Source of the DNA: the human T2T-CHM13v2.0 reference genome, Homo sapiens
DNA length: 64,000 nt
Assembly: GCF_009914755.1 (NCBI RefSeq)
Contig: NC_060932.1
Direction: 5' to 3' (one strand)
Part shown: one piece after another, positions 1-13,703 of the stretch
Position numbering within the stretch: the stretch's first letter is position 1
Layout: each line of letters opens with the position of its first letter
Translations under genes and position numbers: made by a program
The notes under the pieces: generated by a model
The model's database searches: none
What the model saw: only the letters and a program-made list of their open reading frames with translations
Told to the model about the DNA's origin: nothing

Positions 1-15
1 CCACTGGACCTGGCC
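1..15 (-). mobile_element. 5' tip of an antisense Alu cut by the window edge
   Basis: ccactggacctggcc resembles the reverse complement of the Alu start GGCCGGGCGCGGTGG; only 15 nt visible. Confidence 0.45.
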
Positions 16-651
16 AACAATTTTTGACTACACATATTTCTTGTTTTATAAAATATTTTAATATTTGCATTGACTAAAACAATTGTTTTGGCCAAGTTTA
101 AATACAGCATGTGTATAAAGCCTTTGAACTATACATTTTACATGATCATAATTTAAAAAATATGTGTATTTGTTCCACTTATAGTAAAATATAAATACTT
201 CCCATTAATAATTACCTGTCAATACAGACTTAGATTGTTTCCCATTTTCTTTCTTTTTTTTTTTTTTGGCTACTATAAGCAACATGGTCATGAGCAGTAT
301 TAAACATCTTTTGGTACACATTTTCAGGTATGTCTCTAGGCAGTATACTTGCTAGGTAATAACAGCAAAAATTCATTTTATAACCTAGTACCATATGGTT
401 TTCCAAAATTGTTTTACCAATTCAAATGTTCACATTCGTGTACATTGAATGCATTTATTCCTACCACTCTAGTAGATGTAAAAGTGTTTTTTTTTTTCGC
501 ATTTTCCTTAATACTAATTGAGTTACATATCTTTTTATATGTTTATATATCATTTATATTTCCTTTTCTGTGACACAACTGTTTGTGTTTTGGCATCTTT
601 TTTCCTCAGACTGCTTGTCTACTTGTTATCATTTGCAAGAATTCTTTATAT

Positions 652-867
652 TGGTGATTCTGAAAACATTCCATTATAGCACACTTTGAAAACAATAATA
701 TTTGTAATACACAAAGGTGAACAGATGAAGCTGCTTATAATGGAAATTTTATTTTTATTTTTTGCCCAGGACCTTCTGTTCCATAGAGGGAGTTAAATCA
801 ATATCTTAGTTCTACCTGTGGCTCACTCATAGTACACCACTGGATCTGGCTCACTAGTTGAGATCAG
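652..867. mobile_element. Non-autonomous hAT-Charlie-type DNA transposon inserted in the L1
   Basis: Perfect 8-bp TSD ctttatat at 644-651 and 868-875; degenerate termini tggtgattctgaaa / gttgagatcag; the L1 resumes on both sides; family uncertain. Confidence 0.7.
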
Positions 868-1129
868 CTTTATATATTATGGATACTAATCCCTTACATT
901 ATATGTGTTGCAATAGCTTCAAGTTCACAGCTTCCTTGTTAGATTATTTATAAGAAAAGTTATTAATTTTACCAGAGTAGGACTTACTTATCTACTCATA
1001 AAATAATAGATAAACAAATCCTACTCTGGTAAAAATTATTAATATTAATGACACAAGCTCATAAAGATGTATCTTCATATCTTTTATCTTTTGTGAATTG
1101 ACTTTTACAGAAACTGCAAAGTAGGAATG

Positions 1130-1777
1130 TGTGGGAGGCAGAATTCTAAGATGTCTTCCAATATTCTAATCCCTCGGTGTAGATAACCTATATAATATCC
1201 TCCTCTTCAGTGTGGGCAAGACCTATGAAAATGACGGATTATCAATCCTATGATTAGTTTATATTATATGGAAAAGGTGAAGGAATATTAAAGATGTGTA
1301 ATTAAGATCTCTAATCAGTTGACTTTAAGTTCATCAAAAGGGAGATTATCCTGAGTGGCCCTGACTAATTCAGGAGATTCCCTTTAAAAGAAGGTCCAGA
1401 AATGAGAGATCAAAAAACAAGCAAACAAAAAATCAGAAGAGATGCTCTCCTGTTGGCCTTGAAGATACAAACTGCCATGCTGTGGAAAGGCACATTTAGC
1501 ATGGAGCAGTGGGTGGCCTTTAGGAGCTGAGGGCCTAAGTCCTACAACCACAATAATTGAATTCTGACAACAAGTGAGCTTGGAAGAAGCCCTACAGTTT
1601 CAAATGAGATCACATCCCAGACCAAAGCTTTGATTTCACCCCGGTACAACCTTGAAAAGAAGACCCAGATATCCATGCCCAGACTCCTTTCCTGTGGAAA
1701 CTGTGAGATAAAAAATTTATGTTGTTTCATGTTGCTAATTTTGGGTAATTTTTTACACAGCAATATAAATTAGCACA
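1130..1777 (+). mobile_element. MLT1E-family solo LTR (ERVL-MaLR)
   Basis: Start tgtgggaggcagaattctaagatg; internal aatcagttgactttaag, gggagattatcctg, aattctgacaac; end ttgctaattttgggtaattttttacacagcaata...aca. Confidence 0.85.
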
Positions 1778-2609
1778 ATATTCCTTTCATTTTTCCCTCC
1801 AATATGAACATCCAGTTGTCTCAGTACTTTTTATTTAATAAATAGCCCTTCTTTCTCCAATGATCAGCAAACCCTAAACATATATCACTATTCTGTATAT
1901 AAGTATGTTGGATTTTGGATTCTGGATCTTGTTCTCTTGGTAAGTTTGTATGTACCCGAACTACCACAAATTGGCTTATTTTTATTATTGCTATAAGATA
2001 AGACTGTACCTTATAAGTCAGATACTCCACACACTTAATACTTTTGTTCTTTGGGAGTATTTTGACTACTCTTGGACCATTTGTCTTTCACATATCAACT
2101 TGTAAAATTCTTCAAAAATTTATTTTGGGCTTTCTAATGGAATTGCAGTGAATCTGTAACTGATTTGGTGAGAACTGACATCTTAAGGTATTGAATATCC
2201 CTACACACAAGCCTGACTTCTCTCTTCATTTATTTGGATCTCTAAATATATTTTAATAATTTTTTTAGTATATTACTTCTTGAAAATGCTTTTTGTTATT
2301 GAAAGTGGTATTTTATCTTTATATTTGGAACTTTTTTGGTATATAGAAAAGAAATTTATTTTTTGTTTATTGATCTAACTAGGCACTGGATAAAGCTTCC
2401 ATATTATTTAAAAACATTTGTAAATTATTTTTAGTTTCTTACATAGCAAGCATGTCTTCTGTAAATAATATTTTAGGTTCTTCCTTTCCAAATTATGTAA
2501 TTTTAAAATCTTAACTTTCTTGGATATCTGGTAAAATGTTTACTAGAACAGATGACAATTAGTCTCATTAAATTGTACCTCATTTAAGAGGGAATGCTTC
2601 CAATATATA

Positions 2610-2642
2610 TGTGTGTATGTGTGTGTGTGTGTGTGTGTCTGT
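2610..2642. repeat. (TG)n microsatellite
   Basis: Direct reading, one interruption. Confidence 0.9.
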
Positions 2643-4779
2643 ATGTTTGCATGGTATTCATACATAGTTTTATACATTTCTTTTGTTTTCTTGTGAACTA
2701 ATAATGACATGAACACTACCATGTTTCTTATATTTCAGTGAGAGTAACTCTCAAAGTACCTCATCTGTCATCCTGCCAGAAGGATAAATCCCATGATCTT
2801 CATCACCCCAACCTATTTCACAGTAGATATATGAGTGCACTGTAATTAAAATTAGAGAATGTTTCCTTTCATATGACTTAAAAGTCTAATAGGCTAGTGG
2901 ATACAAATTAGGTAAATGACTGCCTAATTGATTGCTAGTTCTATGCCAAACTCTTGATATCCATTATAGTATGATCATATCCTAAAGACTTTGGACACCC
3001 ATTTAATGGTAGATTTTATTTTGCCTAAATTGTAACTGAGACTCATGCATGTATGTATGCAACAATGAGAGCTCTATCTCACTTTAAATTAAGTGATGAA
3101 TTAATTACTAACTAATCCATATACTTTTGGATAAGCACTTAACCACTGAGCTTTCACTGAATTTTTAGACACTTAATAATTCTTGAACAGTTTCAGTGAC
3201 ATACAATTACTGAGAAGCTAGAATATTCTGATTGAATTTTTATAATACATTCATTTTAGTTTGATTCATTTATGCTTATTTTTAACATTATTATTGAAAT
3301 AGTTCACAGAAGTAAAACTTGTGCATTAAAAAAATAAAAATTAGCTTTGCCTTATTTGAAGCCATTAATATAAGTAAGGTATTACAGTAAAACTCCAACT
3401 TAGTATATTGAGATATGGTTAAAAGAAAAATATCTTTAATAGCATGTGTAAATAAAGCTTAGGAAAACAAAAACAAAATGACAACAAAACTTGTTCATTC
3501 TATAATGTAATAAGTAACATCAGGAGTCTGATGTAAAATTTTCCTTCTTTATTGATACTTTAATAATATGAAAGTGGCCAAATAGACATTTCCACCCATT
3601 TATTTTTGTATAATATAGAAAAGTTAATATAAAAAATCAACAAATAGTCATAAGTATAATAGGAATGCTTCCTCTACATGTTTATTTGGTAGTAGGGCTG
3701 AAACATTTAGTAAGAAAATAGGAAAAATATTATGCATTTAGTGTAAAAAGAATGCCATACATTTTGCCTGTTTTACTTCTTCCTAATCATTTGTGGAGTA
3801 AATAAACAAAAACATAAATTGCATTTAGCACATAGGACTAATGAAAGAAAAACTGGAATAATAAAATATACCCTTAAAGTATTTAAATAATGTATAATTG
3901 TCTTGATTTTTTTAAACCAAGTAAGTCACTCTCTTGATTTCCATTGTGAAATGGTAATTCCAACTGGATTGCTTAGTGTTGCTTATTGAGGTTTGAATTA
4001 AAACATTTAATCTACTAATGAAGTCAATTAAAAATAACATAATGCTTTTTAACACTGACTTTCCAGAAGTAAAAAATCCATAGATAGCATTAAATATTAA
4101 ATACTTGGTAGATCCATTTCTCATAAGGCTCAATACATAGGTTTTTACAGGATATTTTGTTAAAAGTGGTACAGAAGCTATGTCTCATAATCTTTCTGTG
4201 AATCTTGCACAGATAATTTAATACCATAACTTCTACATTGTCATATTTTCTGAAGCCATGCGGAATTCCCACTTAATACCCATTAACATGAGTTTTTTAA
4301 ATGGAACATATTTATATTATGTAAAACACTGGTCTCAGAATTATAAATGCATTATTTTATTTTGACCCTAAAAGTCTATGTTGTGTACACCTATACATTA
4401 TTCTGGCTGCCCAGCACCTGAATATCCTCCTTTTGTCTGGGAAATTAGGAATCTTGGTAGGAAGTACAGCATACCTCCCAATATGGTCAGATCCTAGATT
4501 CCCCATTATTCATTGTATCCAGTGTACAGGCATGAGAACTAAGATTCCCTTATCAATCAGATACACATCTTATGTGTATAAATAAGGAAACAAAGATTGA
4601 ATTCTGGCAAAGAGTGTCAAAAGCAACAGAAACACAGTTTCAGGGGCAACAGTGGTTGTAATATGTAGTGGCACTGAAATTCTAGAGCACAGCAGTCTTG
4701 TTCAACAGGTAAAAATAAATCCTCTCAGGAATCAGAGCCAGAAGCTGTGGAGCACTATGACAAGGTAAATGGATTCTAT

Positions 4780-5211
4780 TACATTCCAAGCTTATCTAGG
4801 AACTCATTCCATTTCTAGAGAAATCAGTATTCACTAGTCTTATCCAGAAGGACATGATATTGTTCTGTGACCCAGTAACCACTCTGTGTAGCTTCAATTC
4901 TCTCTTCTTCTGAGTGGGAGTTTTTATGGAGTTACCCTATTTGTTTTCTATACTTTTATATTGGATTTGGGATAGCCTATGTTTTAGCCACAGTTCTTTA
5001 GACAATGAGGAACTACCTGTAAATATAATGGAGAAGCCAGTGTATCACTTAGGGATTCTGGACATATCTTTGTATGCAGTAAATGGATGAAATTTTAGGT
5101 TTTCTCTATTAATGTAGATAGAAAGTATGTTTTACATAGGTATTTTTTCCAAAGTGAATGCAGGAGAAGAAAAATGGGTCTGGAGAGGTATTTGATAACC
5201 AAAGGGGAAAA
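4780..5211 (+). mobile_element. MLT1 internal 3' segment with purine-rich tract before the LTR
   Basis: gcagtaaatggatgaaattttagg...gtatgttttacatagg...ccaaaggggaaaa directly abutting the LTR start; left edge approximate. Confidence 0.55.
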
Positions 5212-5754
5212 TGTGGCAGATGCTATTGATTGCTTACCCAACAGCCACCTTCCGTATTTACCCTTGACCTTTTCTTCTCAACAGGACATATATTTTGTTC
5301 TCTTGTATTCTTTTCTGTACATCCTAATACTCAGGGACTGCTCATCCAATTATGAGTTTCCTGAGATGGGTCCTAATCACTCTATGCCCCATTCCATTTG
5401 CCAGTGATTCGATTACACGTATTTGACCTAATTCTGGCCACTGGAAGATGATTAGCAATTTGCTGAGAGGCTTTTGCAAAATGATTTCTTGGTTTTCAAA
5501 GAAGTACAAAAAATCAGTCTGCTTTGAGGTAATTCTATCTGAATGTATTCAGCTATTACAACCATCTCACAATACGTAGTTTGAAGATAAAGCAAAACTA
5601 CATGTTGAGATGTCCAGAACCTAGGAACGGTGTTTTTCTGTGTGCGTGGGGCTTGCATGCTTCTGGACAGTATGCTTTTTAAATAATGCATTTGTTATTT
5701 AAGTCATTCGACTTGAGGTTTCCCATATGTAAACTGAAGACATTCCAATGAACA
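5212..5754 (+). mobile_element. MLT1J-like LTR
   Basis: Start tgtggcagatgctattgattgcttacccaacagcca; internal tgacctaattctggcca; degenerate tttaagtca... end. Confidence 0.75.
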
Positions 5755-6329
5755 AATCGTTTTAATAAATTCTCAGTTTAAAGGAATGCTTTGCCCAAGT
5801 AATTTTCCCATGTTTATTTGGCTACTGGTGATGAAACTAAACTTCAAGTTTGCTTGATGATAGTAATTACATGCTTAAACATCATGCTATTCTACGTTAA
5901 CAAAGTAAACTTCTGAAATTTAGAAAATATTTTCCGTGCATCCCAAATACCTCATATCATGTTGTTATAATAATTTATAAATATGTTCTTTGATGTTGGG
6001 CATATGCCTCATGTATTAAATAGTGATGGCAGGGAGAGACAATTTCTGAAACCTAACAACTAATAAATATTACATAAATTCTTCGGGAAAAAAATATAGA
6101 AAGCATCTATTGATACAAGTTCTTTTGTATTTCATGGTAAAGTCTGTATTTGTTAATTCAAAATAATTCTGAAAGCTGAAGAAAATACTCAATATTAGAC
6201 ATTTTTTATTTACATAATTAGTACAACATTCAAATTAGCCTTTGATGATGTTTAACCAAACAAATTAATGATGCTTTAACTAATGCCAATACCAATACCA
6301 ATACCAAGCTATACTCATTAGTGAGACAG

Positions 6330-6546
6330 GATAATATAGATAAGTCCACAGGAAAAGCCTGGGATTATAGCCCCATTTCTCTAAAAAAAAGTTATATTAT
6401 TTTGAGCAATTCTCTAACTTATATGAAATAGTGTTTATAATTTCTATTTTTTAAGGTTGAAATATGTATTACAATAAGCAAGGATTATAAAATAACACAT
6501 AGGATGCTTGATATATAGTAGGACCTCATAAATGGCAGTTATTATT
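6330..6546 (+). mobile_element. MIR SINE (degenerate)
   Basis: tttgagcaattctctaac core and atatagtaggacctcataaatggcagttattatt tail. Confidence 0.6.
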
Positions 6547-6899
6547 AGCTATGTCAATTATCTTAAAATAGGTATTCGTATCTGTTCACAATGGATCTTG
6601 AGGATGAAGTTCTTTTTTCAGCAATCCCATTTGATTCCAAGATAAGAGTTTTTCCCCCAAACTCTATGTTGCTAAAAATTTACCTTTTTTGGGAGCAGCT
6701 TTTCTCCATTATGATTATTTCAGAATGGCAATAAGTCACTCTAATATTAACAATTATTTTTGCTCCCCGGTGTGGAAATCAGAATGCATTATATATGTAT
6801 AATTACAAAATATAAAAACTTTAATTAATCTCAAGGTATGCAAATACCACGTTACACAATCAACTTGACATCTAATTAAAGCACTTCTTTCTTCATATA

Positions 6900-7450
6900 C
6901 ATTCTATACCTTGGCAATCATAGTCCAATGAGGGAAACATGACATAAGCAAGATGAATACAATACCCTGTGTTGATTGCTTTGGGATATAGACACACTGG
7001 GTTATATTAGCAGAGATGACAGCCACTCAATCCAGTTGGAGACTATAGAGGAAAGGATTCCCTGAGGTGGAAAACCCCAGACACTGCCAAGGAAGGTGGA
7101 GTTGGGAACTGGGAAAGAACATTCTAGGGTAGAATGTGAAATACGGCAAAGTGAAAAAAATATTATTTTTGTTTCTGAAACATAAACTGTGAGGCAAAAA
7201 GTGATGAGAAGGAACACTAGCGATGAAGGCAGAAAGCAGACCATGTTAAGGACTGTGAACTTTATCTTCTATATGAAAAGCAGCATATTACGATTTTGAA
7301 CAATGTTGACAGGGTTATATTTAATTTTTTACATGCTCATTTTGGCAGCAGGGACAATCTGGATTTGAAGGATAACAGGGCAGGGTTAGAGAGATTGAAG
7401 ACCTAAACTTGGACTGTGGAAGTAGGGATGGAGAAGAGTGGATTCAGACA
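6900..7450 (-). mobile_element. L2 remnant
   Basis: Purine-rich antisense L2 pattern (agtccaatgagggaa, aaggactgtgaactttatc, gaagacctaaacttggactgtggaagtagggatggag). Confidence 0.6.
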
Positions 7451-9142
7451 AGGTTTCTTTGCTCTAAATTAAAATAATTATAATAGTTTTTTTTCCCTTT
7501 TTTTCCATACACATGAAAGCATTATTCAAAGGCCCACACAAAAATCTATGCCTTGGCAGGACTGTCTTATCAAATGTTATTGCTTGTAAATGTCTAATGC
7601 AGAGAGAGCAAAATATGGAGTACCTTTATTAAAAAATCATATAATTCAGAATAATTCTAAAACTTGGCTGCTTTTGTGGCATGTATTATAAGTGACATAC
7701 ATTTCACATCTATATGGAAAATTCATGTTAATGATGTTTAAGTAATAATCATCCTAAATTAGCTACTTAAAAATAAATATACAAAGGTAAACTTATATGA
7801 AATTTGTGAAATAGGTAAATATTGTATGATACAAAATGCTTAAACTATGACACATCAGAATTCCTTATTTATTCATTTGAAAGTGATATCATTTTAGAGA
7901 AAATAATAAATATCTCATATTCTAGAAGAATTATGCATTGCAATATTTAATATTTTACTTACATATTTTATTACAGAATATATATCCCAAGACTCTAGGC
8001 TAGACCATTCAACAGTGCAAAATGCCACCTCAGGGAATTCTCTAGGCTAATCCACTTTGCTGCCAGCATCAGGTTAACAGTTTCAATCTTGCAAGGGCTC
8101 ATATTTTAGAGATGGGGTGGAGGAGAGTCTGGGGACACTGAGAGCTACTGATGGAGTGATAAAAGCTTTTAGCTTTGTTTTATTTTTCTATGCCTTTAAT
8201 ATCTGTACACTGGTCTTCTCCTTTAGGGGACTGTTGGCATGTAACAATGACAGATTACATAAAGCACTACAAATGTTTCACTGAAGGGAAGAAGCTACAT
8301 AAAATGAAAAATTCATCAAATATTAAATCCATAACACCACAGTACAAAACCATTGGTTCCTTTCCATCATTTATTCATGCTTAGCTACTGGAGGATATAA
8401 TTTAAATTCCATAATACATATAAATGATCAACTTGAATTTACAGATTTTGAAGAAAATCCTTGCAGATAATATTCTTGGTTTTAGGAGACTATTCATTAC
8501 AAATTTGTATAAGTTAGGTCGTATATATCCAAAATATTTTGAAAAATATGTATGAGGCTAATTCAAATAAATTTGTTAAGAAGGGCTCTTTTTCTGTTTT
8601 TTTGTCCCTTATTAATAATGGGGTCATCATGGTCTAGGATACCTCTCTTTTCATTTATTTATCTATATCTATTTTTATATAAAAAAACTTTGACTCCAGA
8701 CTTTGAGAAAATGAAAGTTTTGTTCAAAATGATTAGATACACAACTATAGTAGTGATATACAGATATTTATATACTTTCATATATAATGAACCATGCAAT
8801 GAGTTTTAATTCCAGCCTCAGTTTATCCTTGTTATTTTTCTTAAGACACCAAAAGACAGGATGTAAGATACCAGCTTCTCAATGCATGGTCTTTGTTGCT
8901 AACCTTATTTTTGTTTATGTAATTTATTTAAACAAGGTTATTGAGTAGTGAATCTTTATCAGTTTATATCTGTGGAAGGCCCGGTTTACTTCTATGTCTT
9001 CCTGGACAAGCAACTTAGGCAGGAGTCCAGGAAGTTAGGGTACAAGAGAAATTACCTGCCACAGCTATGCAGGAGGAAAGACTTGTAGCCCATGAATGAA
9101 TTCTCTCTGGAGCCAGTAGTTAGGAAAAGACTGGGGAAGGGT

Positions 9143-9648
9143 TTTTATTTCTGTCTTTGTGAAAAAGGTCACTGGTATTTTGATAGGGATTTTGTAGATT
9201 GCTACGGGTAATGTGGACATTTTAACAATATTAATTCTTCCATTTCACGAACTCAAGATATCTTTCCATTTATTTGTGTCCTCTCCAATTTCTTTAATCA
9301 GTGCTTTATAGTTTTCATTGTATTATTGTGGTTACCAGAAGCTGGAGAGAATAAGGAGGAAGGAGAAACTGGGAAAGTTACTTTGTCAATGGGTACCAAG
9401 TTGAAGTTTGAGTGACCATAGTAATAACAATGTAGTGTATATTCCAAGATAGCTAGAAAAGAAGATTTTGAATGTTATTATACAAAGGAGCAATACATGT
9501 TTAAGGTGATAAATATAATAATTATTCTGATTTGATCATTATATAAGGTATAGGGACATCAAAATATCTGTATTTCACTGCAACCTTGTATAATTCTGAA
9601 CCCCAGAAACAATTTTTATGTGTCAATTATAAGTAAAACTTTAATAAA
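9143..9648 (+). mobile_element. L1MA-type insertion with inverted 5' ORF2 piece (9143-9322, minus) and sense 3' UTR plus tail (9323-9648)
   Basis: Antisense ORF2 (ggtattttgatagggatt, ttaacaatattaattcttcc) joined to the sense 3' UTR (gtggttaccaga, agctagaaaagaagattttgaatg); 18-nt flanking repeats at 9125-9142 and 9649-9666 with 3 mismatches. Confidence 0.8.
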
Positions 9649-12107
9649 AAAAGAGTGAGGAAAGGTAGCTATACTACTGTTTCCTATTTTGTGAACTGTG
9701 CTTCAAATAGAAGGCTCCTATTTTAAGTTTTGGAGGTTAAGTTAAAACACAAATCAGATAATATAACTTCTATCTAAAAGCTATTGACTTATTTAATTGT
9801 ATACACATATTTAAAAATATGACTCTTTACCAGCACTGTTATAGTGATATAGATACAGACTAACTTTTCTTCCTTCACTGGGGGAAGAATATAATAAATT
9901 TAAAAAATATATAATAATCTTATAGAATATAAAGTCTTCAAACACTCATATGTGTTATGAAGTGTTTTAAAGAAAGATAAATCAAGGTAAGATGATAGAG
10001 AGTGGTGGAGGTGTTCAGTGATAGAGGAGGTGAGGGTGAGGAACTTGAGAGAAATCTGAATGAAAAGAGGAACTATTTAGATATCACATTCATCAGTGGT
10101 TTCTCATTCCATATTTGAATAAATCTCAAAGGGGCCTCTATGATCTAATCTTTCTTTAGTTCTACAGTCTCCATGTTGCCCATTCTCCTCTTTACCCACT
10201 ATGCCAAGGGCCCCTGTAATCTTTTTAGTTTCTAGAAGACATCAGGGCCATAAAAATCCTTTATGAGGACTACTCACTCTGTCTCAGACACTCTTCTCTC
10301 TGCATTTCCAGTTCCTTGTCATTCCATAATATTGGCTGAAAAATCATCTGCTCAGAAAAGTATTTTTGACATTTCTAAGGGGCTTCCTCTTTATTCCATT
10401 AAGGGTGATTTCTTTACATGATGATTATTTATTCCTGTGTTTATCCTTTTATTGTCTATTTAAAGTGCTAACTAGAAGCTTCCTGATGTTAGCACATTTG
10501 TCTTTCTAAAAAATCGATTGCAATCCCAGGTTCTACACTGTAAAACTGTAGGATTTCCCAGGTAATGTCTAGCTAAGATTTACAATATTGGTATTCATCT
10601 GGCCACTCTAAGGCACATGAGGTGCTTTATGCTTGTCCTTGGATGTTAGAGATCGTCACAGACTGAGAATGTATAGGGTGGACACTGAAGAGGTCTTAGC
10701 AGGAAAAAAAAAGGTGGAACTACTACATCCTATCTCTGCAGATGTTGCTCCCTTCAAACCTTACCCCTAATATCATTGATGTGGGTGACTTTACTATTAC
10801 ATCAGAAGGGGTTAAAATTCAAAGCAGATATGTAATACTGAGCAAAGGAATTACACAAATTTTTACACTTTGATATGTACATTATGTGATTCTTGCTGTG
10901 TGAGGGCAATTAAATCATCCAAATGACTCTCCTTCACATTGAATAGAGATTCCAGGAGACCAAAAAGCTGTAATACTAAGAAGGGCAAGTGCTGTGGGTA
11001 ACACAGGTATAATATCACATTCCTCCTCTCTCTTCACAACCCAGTTGCAGCTATTCTTGAGGTGTTAGGTAGCTGGGGTAGGAGACAATGTTCCAGAAGG
11101 TTGAGCATGGCCCCACTAACTCTAAGGTTGTCATTAAGATAACCTTCCATTCTGCTGCAAAATATCTCAGTGACGGAAAGCAAAAGCTCACAGCTCTTGC
11201 CAGTTTCTTCTTCAAGCTCTCTTGGCAGCAGCCTATTCTGACTTAGAAGCATCTGCTGATGGTTTCCGGTGACTAATATCAGCAGGGAGTCTCCACAAGA
11301 ATATTTCAAGATCTGAAATGTATGAGAGTGTGTGTTATCTGCACCGTAGGAAACTAAGCTCAAACGTTAGTGGAGGCATTATACCCATCTCACTCTGGGA
11401 ATTTATTAGTGTTGTTGGTGGTGGTAGCAGTTGCAGTAGTAGTTACAATAGTAATATTATTAACACTAATATTTTGAACATATATATTCCAGGCCCTGTT
11501 CTTACTGCATATCTCATATTATCCTTTCAAGAGTCATAAGAAATTAAATTATTGAGACCACAGAAGTCCAGATAAGTTTTTGGTGGTGATCTGTGATTCA
11601 TTACACAATTATGCAGTGTCTATATTTATATACAACTAGGTACTTTTTATATTTGTGTATTAGTATATGAGGAATTTTAGCATCAAGAATGTAAAATATA
11701 GAAAGGACATACAATGAATATTTACTATTTATTCCTAATTATTCAATGAGTGGTATTACATCTTCAAAAGAATATAAAATACTCAAAGTCAATGACTATT
11801 ATTGTAAGTATTAAACTCTCGTGATGTTAAAAAAACTATGTTGATTCAAGATGTTAAAATGAATCTGCCTCTAACTAGTAAAATTGCAATCCATAATTTT
11901 ATACATGCAATTATGGAATTAACTAAAATATATGTGATGATAAAAGAAGTTGCTAAAATATTAGTTTAAGAATAAAATAAACATAAATGCTTTCTAGAAT
12001 AAGCATCAATTCTATCCAAAAAGAGAGATTTTATGTTTGGTTTCTTTATACTTCTCTGTGCTTTTGTTTACAAAAACATTGATTAGAAGAATGATGATCA
12101 CACTAGA

Positions 12108-12296
12108 TACTATCATTTGAATGTCTCCCCTCAAAAATTCAGATATTATTAATGTGATAGTATTAAAGATGGTAGCTTTAAGAGGTGATGTGCCTTGAGG
12201 GCTCCTCCCTTGTAAATGGGATTTAGATGCTCATAAAAGAGGCAGCATTAAGCTCCCTTGTCTTTCTCACTTTCCATGTGAGGACACAGTGTCTTC
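12108..12296 (+). mobile_element. MST-family (MSTC-like) LTR, 5' half only
   Basis: tttgaatgtctcccctcaaaaattcag, aatgtgatagtatta, tttaagaggtga, gagggctcctccct, ccatgtgaggacacag. Confidence 0.75.
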
Positions 12297-12332
12297 TGCT
12301 GTCCAATTTCCTTGTTACTCCTCATTGCCACC

Positions 12333-12884
12333 TGGGATAGGCAGAATACCTAATTAAAGATGTCCACTCCCTAATCCAAAAAAAAGCTGTGACTATATTA
12401 CCAGACATGTCAAAAGGGACTTGAACTTGTGATTCAATTTAAGAATCTTGAGATGAAAAGTTTATTCTGGATTTCTAGAGTGGGCCAAATCTATTCACAC
12501 AAGTCTTAACATTAGAGGAAGAAGTCAGAAGAATGTGCAAATATGACATCAGAAGGACTAGACACATCTTTGCTGGATTTGAAGATGGAGGAAGAAGACT
12601 GGGAATGGACCTCAGCTAAGAGCCAAGAAAAAATAAAGATATTAAGGAACTACAAGGAACTGAATTCTGCCAACAAGATCGATTAACAGGAAACATTCTT
12701 TCCCAGATTTTCCAAAAAGGAATATAGTGTGCTGACAACTTAGTTTTATTGCAGTGAGCCCCATGCTGAACTGCTGACCCACAGAATTATAAAATAATGA
12801 ATGTTTTAATTTATATTAATATTATTATTTGTTTTAAGCCACTAAGTTTACAGTAATTTGTTACAGTAGCAATGGAACTGTCAC
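12333..12884 (+). mobile_element. MLT1D/E-like solo LTR
   Basis: taggcagaat...aaagatgtccac...caaaagggactt, tttgaagatggagg, ttttaagccactaagttt...taatttgttacagtagcaat. Confidence 0.85.
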
Positions 12885-13242
12885 TTTTATAACAGCATCC
12901 AGACTTCATCATTCTTATTTCATTTAATAAAGCCACTGGCTCACCCTGCAAATTTACATAAGCCACATAAGTTTTCCAAACTTGTTTCTGCACCTATACA
13001 ATCTATACAATAATATTAACTATTCATACAATTAATAGGAGGATTAAGTGAGAAGATACATAAAAATAGCTTAGCATAGTGCCTGTCACATACACTCAAT
13101 TCATCTACAATTTAATATAATTAATTCAAAAAAATCAGTAACAGTAATAAAATCATGAGTTTTTTCCTAATATCTTTTCTCTTGCTAGCTAGTACTTAAA
13201 AGGGAATATTCTTTGTTCACTCATCAATTTTGGACTAAATAT

Positions 13243-13703
13243 GTGTAACAGAGGTTGTCATATCTTTCCAAAACATCCATGTACTCCTTCTCCTACCATA
13301 GTAGAATTCCTAGCTGGTAGCAAGTTGTCCTTACTAAAGACTATATTTTCCATTCTCTCTTGTAGCTAAGTATGAGAATGTTGTTAGATTATTGCAAAAA
13401 TATGATATAAATAGAAATGTTTTGAAGCAACATCAAGGAATATTTCTTAAGAGATAGCTTACATTTGTCCTTTGTTTTCCTTATTTATCACTTCCCCCAA
13501 CCTGCTTCCTAGAAGGGTTAGACACCATGTTGCAACCTAAGATAAAGACCACAAATTGGGAATGGTAGGGTGGTGAGTTAGACTATGACTCTGAGAAATT
13601 TCTGGATCAGAGACACCATTAGTCTTGGACCAGATACATATCTTGTTTAAGTCTCTGTTAATGCGTTTTCTGTCACTGACATCCAAACCTAATCATAATT
13701 GAA
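13243..13703 (+). mobile_element. MLT1I/J-like LTR
   Basis: aaagactatattttccattctctcttgtagctaag; end tcttgtttaagtc...ttttctgtcact...aaacctaatcataat. Confidence 0.65.

Larger units (their letters stand above)
225..2606 (-). mobile_element. Old L1M (L1ME-like) ORF2 remnant, interrupted by a hAT element and an MLT1E LTR
   Basis: Degenerate antisense ORF2 motifs (tatatattatggatactaatccctt, atccagttgtctcagtac, ggaattgcagtgaatctgta, ttcttcctttccaa, gggaatgcttcca) in collinear order; ends approximate. Confidence 0.75.
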
